DNA of 55,677 nucleotides from a virus (Duplodnaviria; Caudoviricetes): IMG/VR virus record IMGVR_UViG_3300004353_000017, positions 1 to 55,677 of that record; one strand, 5' to 3'. Shown piece by piece: positions 29,837 to 38,467 of this stretch (position 1 is its first letter; each line of letters starts with the position of its first letter). The notes under the pieces were generated by a model. It saw only the letters and a program-made list of their open reading frames with translations, ran no database searches and was not told where the DNA came from. The position numbers and the translations under genes were made by a program.

Positions 29837-30172
29837 ATGAATAAATATTATGAAAATTTACAGAACGAGGAACTTATCGAGTTTTTTTTAACTGATCTGA
29901 ACACATTGAGCGAAATTACAGCTTATGTTTATCCAAATCATTTATATGATGATCATAGCGAAATAGATGCACATATAATACGTTGCCAGCATATACTGCA
30001 GAGCTATATATTTAGTGAGTTATCTGAGTTTAATGATGAAATAACGGTAGACGAAATAGACGTTTTGGCTACTGAAAAAGCAAGGGAAATATTTAAGTTA
30101 TGCAATAAAGAAATTGAAGCTTTATTTGAAACTGGTGTTGGTAAAGTTGTGTACCTGGGAGAAAATAAGTAA
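29837..30172 (+). CDS. Acidic hypothetical protein
   Basis: 111 aa, about 23 D/E versus 8 K/R. Confidence 0.65.
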   Translation: MNKYYENLQNEELIEFFLTDLNTLSEITAYVYPNHLYDDHSEIDAHIIRCQHILQSYIFSELSEFNDEITVDEIDVLATEKAREIFKLCNKEIEALFETGVGKVVYLGENK

Positions 30173-30175
30173 AAA

Positions 30176-30508
30176 TTAGAGATATACAGTAATATCCTTT
30201 TCATCCGCTCGCAGATCAATGCAAGCGGATTTTTTTATTTCATCATAAATCAACTGATCAACTTGTACTTCGTTTAGAGAATCATAATCAATTGGTTCCG
30301 GAGTTTCAAAGTGAAATTCTAAATAAGTAATTCCGGCACTTGCTGCAGTCATATCATCATCGATATAGCATTCGGGATTATCTAATTCCGGTCCGAAATA
30401 TTCTATTCCGGTTAAACCACGATTAAGCAAATTAGTTACATAGTCAACACTAACACCATTCTCGAGTGATACTTTAGCAGTTGATAATATGAGTGTGTGA
30501 TTTTTCAC
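30176..30508 (-). CDS. Acidic hypothetical protein; possible fourth gene of the COMMD-like operon
   Basis: 110 aa, GTG start 27 nt after the ART-like gene; about 22 D/E versus 7 K/R. Confidence 0.6.
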   Translation of the reverse strand: MKNHTLILSTAKVSLENGVSVDYVTNLLNRGLTGIEYFGPELDNPECYIDDDMTAASAGITYLEFHFETPEPIDYDSLNEVQVDQLIYDEIKKSACIDLRADEKDITVYL

Positions 30509-30535
30509 TATTAAGAAATTTCTTTTGAAGAATTA

Positions 30536-30958
30536 TCAAGCCCATGAACCAATTTGAATCATTAAAACCCTAGATTCTGCATTGTTTTCTGATTTATCGC
30601 CCTCAATAACTGAGTGCGCTCTATTATTTGGTTGACCCCACATTTCGGGATTATTATATAATGGATCGTGTAGAACTACCTGGGTAACATCAGTTCTAAT
30701 TTTACCGACAATCATATTCCAAAATCTAAAATTATTTGGGTCTTTAAATTCCCCATTAGCTTTAGTTTGTCTACTTATAATTTCTTTTGAAACTTCAATG
30801 CTTGCATATCTACACCAATCGCATGATAAATTTGGTCCATCTTTTGGTGTATTTAAAAAAGCAATTGCTTTCGGTTTGTCATCTTTTGACGAAACAAAAC
30901 TTTTTGCTACCCTAACGTTGACCTCACAATTATCAGTTATGTCTTCTTTACTCCACAT
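30536..30958 (-). CDS. Hypothetical protein, putative ADP-ribosyltransferase-like fold
   Basis: V.VR (beta-1 Arg), AF, LSCDW (Ser motif), VG.IR, HDP, N.AH; start coupled by TGATG overlap at 30956-30960. Confidence 0.5.
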   Translation of the reverse strand: MWSKEDITDNCEVNVRVAKSFVSSKDDKPKAIAFLNTPKDGPNLSCDWCRYASIEVSKEIISRQTKANGEFKDPNNFRFWNMIVGKIRTDVTQVVLHDPLYNNPEMWGQPNNRAHSVIEGDKSENNAESRVLMIQIGSWA

Positions 30959-31584
30959 CACGCTAAACATTTCATAAATGAAGCTATAACTTCATTAATA
31001 TCATATTTTTCTAAACTTCCCTTTATAATTGTTTTACTAGATAAATCATGTCCGTAATAATGCGCGCATAGTTCGTCACAATTTAAAATATTAATTAACA
31101 GAATATTATTGTTATGCCTCCATTCTAAGTCAATAGATCCGTCTCTCCCAATATTAATTTCAGGGGAAGATATGTACACATCAAACTGAATAAGCACATA
31201 TTCGGAATATTTAATTAGAATATTAATTGCTCTATCATAAATCATTTCATTAAAGCCAATAGCACCTTCACTATCCCAATCATCTTTATAAAGTTCCAAT
31301 GACCGAGACTCCACAATTGTTGAATATATATTTGAAATACGTTCATCAATATAAAACCTTCCTAATGTAGTTTTTATAGGTGGATTTCTATAAATTATTC
31401 CATCTGATAAATGATTTCTAAAACCTAAGTTAAAATCAAATACGGGGACTGTAAATACTCCCCAATCCTCCTCATGCACAGATATTCTAGGTGACCATTC
31501 TCGAGACTTCGAAAATGTACTTTCATTGTCAGTTAAAGCAATTTTGCTAGAGTGTTTTCTTTGTGGTAATTCTTTTGCTACCAT
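30958..31584 (-). CDS. Hypothetical protein with WDxxGA / P.I....DG.I.LEW motifs
   Basis: DDWDSEGA...PEINIGRDGSIDLEW; coupled to both neighbours. Confidence 0.65.
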   Translation of the reverse strand: MVAKELPQRKHSSKIALTDNESTFSKSREWSPRISVHEEDWGVFTVPVFDFNLGFRNHLSDGIIYRNPPIKTTLGRFYIDERISNIYSTIVESRSLELYKDDWDSEGAIGFNEMIYDRAINILIKYSEYVLIQFDVYISSPEINIGRDGSIDLEWRHNNNILLINILNCDELCAHYYGHDLSSKTIIKGSLEKYDINEVIASFMKCLA

Positions 31585-31586
31585 AA

Positions 31587-32240
31587 TTAAAATATTACTT
31601 GTAGTACATCTTTATACTCATCTCTAATCTGCATGTCATTCTTAATCGCTTTTTCTATTTCAATTTTAATCTTTTTTAAATCATCTACATCGACAGTAAA
31701 AGTGATTTCTTTTAAGCTCTCATATTTAGTATATTCAAATTGCATTTTATGAAATATTATTGCGGAACGTTTATTAATATCCTCACCTTCATTAAATAGC
31801 AATCTTATATCAGAGTTTATATTAAACTCAGTGATGTTATTTCCATTTAAACGTAAAGTTTTCCTTGTATTAATTATTGAACTTAGACGACTATAGTTAT
31901 TCAGTATCGATTTTAAATTTTCCTCTAAAGAATTAATTTTTATCGTTGATAACTCTTCTTTACTTAGATAAATAAAAGCATCTGCTAATCTTTTAGCGAG
32001 TATGTCATTACCATCTTCGTTTTCTTCAAGTAAAGAATTGAAACTTAGTAGCGTTTGTAATAAATCACGTCCGGTATTAACCTCGAGTTGATCGTCGAAC
32101 TTACTTGCAACTTCAACATACTCTACATCGATCGGAAGTACACTAATAGTGGCTATAAGAGATTCCATCTGATTACTATTAAATTCCGATATTAATTTAA
32201 ATCCGGGAAAAACCTGATATGGAATATTTATTCTTGTCAT
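31587..32240 (-). CDS. Prokaryotic COMMD-like protein (putative)
   Basis: 217 aa from ATG 32240; helical N-domain then SDIRLLF...AIIFHKMQFEY...EITFTVDVDDLKKIKIEIEKA, the beta-beta-beta-alpha pattern of a COMM domain. Confidence 0.6.
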   Translation of the reverse strand: MTRINIPYQVFPGFKLISEFNSNQMESLIATISVLPIDVEYVEVASKFDDQLEVNTGRDLLQTLLSFNSLLEENEDGNDILAKRLADAFIYLSKEELSTIKINSLEENLKSILNNYSRLSSIINTRKTLRLNGNNITEFNINSDIRLLFNEGEDINKRSAIIFHKMQFEYTKYESLKEITFTVDVDDLKKIKIEIEKAIKNDMQIRDEYKDVLQVIF

Positions 32241-32399
32241 AACTTCTATTTTAGAACTGCTGTAAATATATATGAAATTACTAAATAATATTAATTTATT
32301 AAATATAAATGTGGAAAGTTTATGATTTCTATGTATGTAAAGTATGTGTATACTTAGTAACCGACCTTTTTCAGGCAAATGTATAAATTGATTTTGTCT

Positions 32400-32427
32400 G
32401 AAGAACAGGTATTAATACCTGTTCTTC
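32400..32427. repeat. Perfect 28 bp palindrome between divergent accessory operons
   Basis: GAAGAACAGGTATT|AATACCTGTTCTTC. Confidence 0.9.
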
Positions 32428-32470
32428 TTAGACTAAAATATATTATCTATGTTTGTCTAAATTTAAAATA

Positions 32471-33334
32471 ATGGAAACAATAAAAGATTTTTGTAAAAGT
32501 ATTATTGACAGTTACAGTGAACGTGTTAAAAACCCCGTAATAGGCACTTTTGTAACTTCTTATTTAATATTTAATTGGAAATCAATTGCTATTTTACTTG
32601 TCTCTAACTGGCCAATAAATGAACGAATCGCGTGGATCGAATTAAACTATTCAAAGCCCGGATACTATTTATATCCTTTAGCTGTGACTATAGTCTATGT
32701 TTTTGTTTTGCCATACTTTAATTTATATTTTGTAGAGTGGATTCTGCAAAAGTACACCGACAAAAAATCGGAAAAGAGAAAGGAACAAAGAATGTCTGAA
32801 TTAATAAGACAACGAGATGAAGCAGAAATAATACGAGAAATTGCAGATGCAAAGGCTGGTACCAGCGAAATAAATAGACTAAATGAAAGAAATGAAGCAT
32901 TAAAAGTTGAAAACAATATTTTAGTTGAGCAAAATAAAGACGATATAAGCCGACATAACACTACCATTCAACAACTTAAAGCAAAAGACGAAGATTATAA
33001 GAGAGAAATCGTCCTACTGGAAAAAGTACTAAACGACACGAAAGATAACTTTAAGTATAATAGTTTGAATATGTTATTCTCACACATGAAAAGCAAAGTA
33101 ATTGAAGCTGACAAAACCCTTTCCACAGACGATAAAATTTACTTCTGCGAATATTTCTTCAGGTTAAATACTGGAGTAATGACAATTATGGATAGCGACC
33201 ATATAAATAAATTTGTACGATTAGATCTGATTGAAATGGACACTTTAATAGATGACAAACCTGGATTTAATTTGACCGATATCGGAAAAGAATTCTATGA
33301 ATTCCTTGTACGTGAAGGTTATCGCGTAAAATAG
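32471..33334 (+). CDS. Membrane protein: 2 TM helices + coiled coil + C-terminal wHTH-like region
   Basis: ERVKNP..GTF..S....NWK N-terminus, heptad region, LT..G.EF C-terminus. Confidence 0.75.
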   Translation: METIKDFCKSIIDSYSERVKNPVIGTFVTSYLIFNWKSIAILLVSNWPINERIAWIELNYSKPGYYLYPLAVTIVYVFVLPYFNLYFVEWILQKYTDKKSEKRKEQRMSELIRQRDEAEIIREIADAKAGTSEINRLNERNEALKVENNILVEQNKDDISRHNTTIQQLKAKDEDYKREIVLLEKVLNDTKDNFKYNSLNMLFSHMKSKVIEADKTLSTDDKIYFCEYFFRLNTGVMTIMDSDHINKFVRLDLIEMDTLIDDKPGFNLTDIGKEFYEFLVREGYRVK

Positions 33335-33443
33335 AGCAAATGGCTTAGTTGCCTTCCAACAAATAATTGTTAAGTAAAATTTTAACTGCGCATTAAACAT
33401 TTGTGATAGGTCAAAAATTTGAATTAAAATAACATATTTCAAA

Positions 33444-34277
33444 ATGAATAAATCGAGTTTAGAATTTTGGCAAGCTTTTCTTAGTTATGTTCTTCCCTTT
33501 TTACAACTATTGCTTTTGGTTATTCCCTTTCTAGGAAATAGACCCTTATTTGATATTCAAAGAAATTTTTGGAATGTTTTTTCAAAGAGAGGTTATGCGA
33601 TTTTATTTCTTGGAACTTTATTGACATTCTTTACAATTCGCCAATCAATAGTTGAAAAAAAACTTGATGCTATAGTGTCGGAAGAAGTTACTAAAAACGC
33701 TGTAAAACGCGATTCTTTAAATCAACACAAAGTTGATGCTGCCTATCAAAAAACCAACGAAATGCTGGCTAAGTATGGTTATAAAGTTGATATTAAAAAC
33801 GATGAAATTGTAAAAATACTCAAAGATCCTAATCAACGAAAAACAACAATTATAAATAGTGAAAACCCATTATTAGATATCTATAAGATGAATTATGAGA
33901 AGGACAGTAAGAAATTGTTAATTTCATTAACTTCATTCGATGCTACAAGTTACGATATTGATCTTAAACTTGATATACTAGGAGTCATAGAGAATCAAAT
34001 GTTTGTATTAGGAAAAAATGCACAAATTACACATAACGAAATAATAACTAAAGGGTATAAATTAACACGGGATTGGACAATAAACGATATACGGACGTCT
34101 AAAATATCTAAATATTATCTGATACTTCATGGTAATTATAAAAAGTCAGACGGTACTGTTTTTCCTATCGAAAGATTTTATAGTTTAGATCCCAATAAAA
34201 ATATAGAGGAAGGTTATCTTTCTCCAGATTCTAATATAATTAAAGATATAAAACATTTAACAGGTCGAAATAAATGA
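33444..34277 (+). CDS. Hypothetical membrane protein (2 TM + soluble domain)
   Basis: 277 aa, AT-rich. Confidence 0.7.
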   Translation: MNKSSLEFWQAFLSYVLPFLQLLLLVIPFLGNRPLFDIQRNFWNVFSKRGYAILFLGTLLTFFTIRQSIVEKKLDAIVSEEVTKNAVKRDSLNQHKVDAAYQKTNEMLAKYGYKVDIKNDEIVKILKDPNQRKTTIINSENPLLDIYKMNYEKDSKKLLISLTSFDATSYDIDLKLDILGVIENQMFVLGKNAQITHNEIITKGYKLTRDWTINDIRTSKISKYYLILHGNYKKSDGTVFPIERFYSLDPNKNIEEGYLSPDSNIIKDIKHLTGRNK

Positions 34278-34331
34278 AGATCTAATTGATGAAGCAAAAA
34301 ATACAAACGTCAAAATAAATTAAGTAAAATC

Positions 34332-34898
34332 ATGCGACAATTTAATTTTATATCTATGGTAATAGGATTAATATCTTCATTACTTAGTATTTTTAATGTT
34401 TTTCTGGCATTACCGTCTGTGTTCAAAGATATTGATGCCAGCTATTTGATTAACATAACAAACAAGAATTTTGCTTTAAAACTTGGTTTTATCTTAATTC
34501 TACAGTTTGGAATTAGTTACATTCTTTCTTCGTTAATAGCAGCATCGCGTCGTTCAATAGACTTTTCATCAGCTACTGCATTTGCTTTGTTACTAGTTTT
34601 AGTTTCTTCATGGTTGACATTTTTTAATATCTCTGAAATATTATATGTCGATAAAATAAATACTTTATATCAGCACCTAGGAATGCTGTTTTTTCTTTTA
34701 CTAACCTTTCTAGTACAAGCAATTTTAATTATGTCATCGAAATGGCGTCCATATGAGTTTGAATATTTGTATTTTGGTGAAGCTGATTTTAAAGATTTTA
34801 AAGATAAAGCGTACGATGCTTTTGAGGGTAAATATTTAGTAGTTTGTTTATTATTATTTTTTGAAATAATATTATTTGCAGTGTACTGGATTAATTAA
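34332..34898 (+). CDS. Polytopic membrane protein (~5 TM)
   Basis: 188 aa, mostly hydrophobic segments. Confidence 0.7.
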   Translation: MRQFNFISMVIGLISSLLSIFNVFLALPSVFKDIDASYLINITNKNFALKLGFILILQFGISYILSSLIAASRRSIDFSSATAFALLLVLVSSWLTFFNISEILYVDKINTLYQHLGMLFFLLLTFLVQAILIMSSKWRPYEFEYLYFGEADFKDFKDKAYDAFEGKYLVVCLLLFFEIILFAVYWIN

Positions 34899-34921
34899 AA
34901 TAGAACATAAAACTAAAAATT

Positions 34922-35470
34922 ATGATTTTAAATATTGCCTTACCAATAATAGTAACATTCGCAACTTTGTTTGTAACTGAATTGCTTAAGAAAAAACATT
35001 CTAACGAAAGTTTTAAATTTGTAAAACTGCATGAGAAACGTCTTGATGTTTTAGAAAAAACGTTCAAATATCTTAACGAAAATTTAAAACAATTGGAAGT
35101 ATACACATCGCCATATAAAGCTGTTCCAATTGGAAAAACATTTATTGAGCAGGAAAGGGAGCTTAGCCACAATTATAGAAAGGTTCACAATGAATTTTCA
35201 AACTACTTCCAAGATAATTTACTATATTTTCCAGAAGCACTGGAAAAAATTATTTCAATCTACTTTGCGGAATGTAGCGGAATATTTCACACCTATGATC
35301 TTAATCAAATAATGACACGTGACGATAGTAAAGCCGACAAATACGTCTCATTGGATGCCGCTTTTGTTCATAAAAAAATACCAGAAAAGATTGATCCAAT
35401 AAAGAAAGAAATTATAAAAGAGTTTCGGAATATTTTAGGTGAAAAAAAAACAAAGTGGCCAATATTATGA
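34922..35470 (+). CDS. Hypothetical protein, N-terminal TM + helical bundle
   Basis: F.KLHEKR..V...F..L pattern, 182 aa. Confidence 0.7.
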   Translation: MILNIALPIIVTFATLFVTELLKKKHSNESFKFVKLHEKRLDVLEKTFKYLNENLKQLEVYTSPYKAVPIGKTFIEQERELSHNYRKVHNEFSNYFQDNLLYFPEALEKIISIYFAECSGIFHTYDLNQIMTRDDSKADKYVSLDAAFVHKKIPEKIDPIKKEIIKEFRNILGEKKTKWPIL

Positions 35471-35475
35471 CCACT

Positions 35476-35691
35476 TTAAAACAATGATAATTGAGCTGCC
35501 CTACCTTCGTTATTATACACTTCAAACTTTTCCGGATCGGCTTCATAATATCTGTTCATGTATTTGGTTGCATCTACAGACAGCTTTTCAAAATCCGGGA
35601 GATAAGATTTAAATTTCAATACTGGAAAACCGTTTTCGTCGTAAACTATGCTTGATTTTCGACTATAGGTACTATTCGGATTCAGCAACAT
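35476..35691 (-). CDS. Hypothetical protein
   Basis: 71 aa, ends in QLSLF. Confidence 0.55.
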   Translation of the reverse strand: MLLNPNSTYSRKSSIVYDENGFPVLKFKSYLPDFEKLSVDATKYMNRYYEADPEKFEVYNNEGRAAQLSLF

Positions 35692-36298
35692 TTTCCTTTG
35701 CTTCTTGCGCCATTATTGGCGATAATACTTCCCAACACTCTGAACAAAACTTTTCGCCGCCATCATCTTCTTCCATTTCTTCAAGATCGAATTTTTGAGA
35801 GCATCCGATGCATTCCTGAATGTCAATATCCGGCTCCCAGAAAGAAAGTTTTCCTTTAATATTTAGAATAGGTTTTTCATAAAGGACCGGATTAGCGAGT
35901 ACCCAGTTCCAGATTGGTTTTGTTTTGTAGAGTGGATCACCTTCTATTGTTTTTCCGATTACTTCCGTTTTTTCGGCCCATATTGATGGATGATTGACTA
36001 CACAATCAATGATTTCGACTTCGCCGATGATGGCAGATTTTGTAAAGAATTTGTCGTGTTCGTCTTTTATGTGAACGTCTACCTTACTATTAATTGCGGC
36101 CCATTGATCTGCTGGAAAAGCAAGATTACCTCCTTTAAAAAAGGGGTAAATCTGCCCTGAAGCATGAACGTAAATTTTCCCACGGAAATTAGTTCGCCAA
36201 GTTCTATTTTCAATGTTCTTAATTCCTAGTAGTGGGTTATCTACTCTTGGGTTGCATATTAGATACGCCCATGGTTGTTTTATTGATAGTGCTTTCAT
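35672..36298 (-). CDS. ASCH-domain protein with C-terminal CxxC...CxxC
   Basis: MKALSIKQPWA.LI...K.IENR.W.T.FRG.IYVHAS, AIIGEV.I.D, W.L.NP, KG.L.FW. Confidence 0.9.
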   Translation of the reverse strand: MKALSIKQPWAYLICNPRVDNPLLGIKNIENRTWRTNFRGKIYVHASGQIYPFFKGGNLAFPADQWAAINSKVDVHIKDEHDKFFTKSAIIGEVEIIDCVVNHPSIWAEKTEVIGKTIEGDPLYKTKPIWNWVLANPVLYEKPILNIKGKLSFWEPDIDIQECIGCSQKFDLEEMEEDDGGEKFCSECWEVLSPIMAQEAKENVAESE

Positions 36299-36450
36299 AA
36301 TTTTTCTCGTTTAAAAACATAATATTGACACATTTTACCTTGATCAGCTATAGCAGTATGGGATATCAATTCCCAACCTTCCGCCCCTAAACGATTTAGA
36401 TCTTTATCTGGTAAGGACTTATTGTAACTTAAATACTCATATTTTTTCAT
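36295..36450 (-). CDS. Unannotated 51 aa DUF4177-like protein
   Basis: MKKYEY...LNRLGAEGWELI...YYVFKRE; ATGA overlaps on both sides. Confidence 0.75.
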   Translation of the reverse strand: MKKYEYLSYNKSLPDKDLNRLGAEGWELISHTAIADQGKMCQYYVFKREKL

Positions 36451-36704
36451 AATAATTCTAATTGATTAGGGTTGACAATTCCTTTTGCAGTTTCTTTTCG
36501 TTCTGTGGAGATTTCGAATAAACCATTCTTTACCCGCTTTAGCAGCTTTGACTTTACCATTCGACTGAGCACCTCGCCTACATACTTTTGAGCATTTAAA
36601 AAGTAATAGTGTCCAATAAGTTCAATTGCTTGCTTTTTGGTTATCTGGTTATTGTTTTTTAGCGCGAAGTCCAGGATCTGTTTTTGCTTTGGTGAAGGTT
36701 TCAT
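36447..36704 (-). CDS. Winged-helix-like protein
   Basis: Q..IL.F......IT.....L...LSRMVK..LL.RVK.G.F pattern. Confidence 0.6.
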   Translation of the reverse strand: MKPSPKQKQILDFALKNNNQITKKQAIELIGHYYFLNAQKYVGEVLSRMVKSKLLKRVKNGLFEISTERKETAKGIVNPNQLELL

Positions 36705-36716
36705 ATATAGCTAAAA

Positions 36717-37349
36717 TTATCCTTCACGTGACATTTGCTCATTTCCTGCGCAAGTTCCGGAGCAAAACTTCATTTGTTCATGGGTAGTACACGATTTGTT
36801 TTCGTATCTACCTTTCCAACTGTTCCAAACTTCTTTTCGACCACGTCCAATTATTGTGCTTGTTACTACTTTGTCGTCAGGCGTTTGTTTTCCACAATAA
36901 CCACATGCAGTATGGTTTTCTTTTGGAGCATAAATTCCTTTAAGTCTTTCTGATTCTTCTTTTAAATCAGATTCATTGAAAGCAAAATGTGGCTCGTTTA
37001 TAAGATCAATATATTTAAAGCATCCCGAACCCATGTCACGATAATCTATGTAAATCACTTGCTCTGCTGTTTTGATATTTTCTACATATTCCCAGTATGC
37101 AGCAACTAAATTTTTAGAAGGTCTTTTATCTTTATCGTAATGCGGTGCCCATATATTCCTGTCTGTAAAAACATAACCCACATGACTTCCAGTTATTTCA
37201 ATTTCTTTGATTTCACCAATCCTGTTTACTTTAAATAGTTTTTGAGGTTCATGGTTTTTGCTCCAAAATTCTTCTAAATGAATAGCCTTAATTCGTGATT
37301 CTTCCGAAATAAGTTGATGTAATTGTTCTGTCAAGGTTAACTTTTTCAT
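36717..37349 (-). CDS. Hypothetical protein with C-terminal zinc-binding motif
   Basis: CGYCGK...FCSGTC. Confidence 0.65.
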   Translation of the reverse strand: MKKLTLTEQLHQLISEESRIKAIHLEEFWSKNHEPQKLFKVNRIGEIKEIEITGSHVGYVFTDRNIWAPHYDKDKRPSKNLVAAYWEYVENIKTAEQVIYIDYRDMGSGCFKYIDLINEPHFAFNESDLKEESERLKGIYAPKENHTACGYCGKQTPDDKVVTSTIIGRGRKEVWNSWKGRYENKSCTTHEQMKFCSGTCAGNEQMSREG

Positions 37350-37351
37350 AA

Positions 37352-37753
37352 CTACGCGATTTTGTTAATTAATTCGATTGGATTTAAACCTTCACGTTCG
37401 GCCAGATTGTAAATTGTCATTGCCTGATTGCAGGTTTTTGTTAGGCCGGTTCTGAATTGAATTTCCCATAGCAAGCCAAACAGTTGAGCCTGCTCGAGGT
37501 CAATATTTTCAACATCAATGTTTCCGGGAATAATTTCCCAACACCAAAAATCGATATCCTCTTTATTTTCGTCGTCATTATTTGGTTTAACAACAACTTC
37601 AAAATAGTTTTCGACCTCATCCCAGTTTAACCAGGCTATGTAATGAGGTGTGTCACCGTCCACTTCAAAACCACTTTTAAAAGGTTTTGAGACTTGCTCA
37701 GGTTTAAACTGATCAATAACTGCCTGAGAGCAGAAATAATAATTTGCGCTCAT
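37352..37753 (-). CDS. Hypothetical protein
   Basis: 133 aa acidic ORF, coupled to neighbours. Confidence 0.6.
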   Translation of the reverse strand: MSANYYFCSQAVIDQFKPEQVSKPFKSGFEVDGDTPHYIAWLNWDEVENYFEVVVKPNNDDENKEDIDFWCWEIIPGNIDVENIDLEQAQLFGLLWEIQFRTGLTKTCNQAMTIYNLAEREGLNPIELINKIA

Positions 37754-38259
37754 AATTCTTCTGTAATAATTTTAAACATTACTAAAAATTGCTTTTCTGC
37801 TTCTTCCGGAGAATAAAGAGGAAAAGAAGAATCATTATTCTCAACAAAAGCATTCCATTCTATGTTCAGAAAATCACCGTCAATTTTTTTAATTTCAGGA
37901 TGTAAAGGATAGTCAAATCCGAATTTTTGAGCGATAACTTTCATTAGCCTATCCTCTTGTTCTTTGTAATCAGGTAACATTTTTTTGAATGGAGACGGCA
38001 TGTCCCCCAGATAAGCTTCAGATGCGTCGTGTAGTAAGGCTGCAAGTTGATTCTCTTTTGAAGCGCTCTGTGCGACATGAAATGAATGCTGAGCAACACT
38101 GTAAAGTTTTGGAAGATGGCCAGCAAAACGAGCTGTATTTGACAATCCGTGTGCAATATCCTCAATGCAGATTGAATCTGGATCTAAGATTTTTAAATCA
38201 AATACTTTACCTGTAAAAGTTCTGATTGAGTTTTCTGTGTAAATTGTATCTGTTATCAT
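37750..38259 (-). CDS. HD-domain phosphohydrolase (YfbR/YfdR-like 5'-deoxynucleotidase)
   Basis: IEDIAH.LS..RF.GH, YSVAQHS, ALLHDASEAY.GD..P.K. Confidence 0.88.
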   Translation of the reverse strand: MITDTIYTENSIRTFTGKVFDLKILDPDSICIEDIAHGLSNTARFAGHLPKLYSVAQHSFHVAQSASKENQLAALLHDASEAYLGDMPSPFKKMLPDYKEQEDRLMKVIAQKFGFDYPLHPEIKKIDGDFLNIEWNAFVENNDSSFPLYSPEEAEKQFLVMFKIITEEL

Positions 38260-38281
38260 AGGTTAATTATTAAATTGAATG

Positions 38282-38413
38282 TTATTTAAATCCTTTTAGC
38301 TCATTAGTTGTAAAGGGCTTTCCTTCACTTAAGAACTCTGTTATAGTATCACACAGAACATAAAGTGTGACGATGATGGAAACCATCCCGATAATTAATA
38401 AAAATGTGTACAT
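38282..38413 (-). CDS. Unannotated 43 aa membrane peptide
   Basis: MYTFLLIIGMVSIIVTLYVLCDT...; fills the gap between dnaN and the HD gene. Confidence 0.5.
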   Translation of the reverse strand: MYTFLLIIGMVSIIVTLYVLCDTITEFLSEGKPFTTNELKGFK

Positions 38414-38434
38414 AAGTCTGTTTTTTGGGTTAAT

Positions 38435-38459
38435 AAAAAACCGCCCTAATTGGGCGGTT
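38435..38459 (-). terminator. Intrinsic terminator after dnaN
   Basis: AACCGCCC-AATTA-GGGCGGTT plus T-tract on minus strand. Confidence 0.75.
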
Positions 38460-38467
38460 AATGTGGT

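Noticed and set aside
37750-38259. DatZ / Z-genome (2-aminoadenine) pathway
   Set aside because: HD hydrolase present but no PurZ, MazZ or phage polymerase; YfdR-like HD genes are common in prophages
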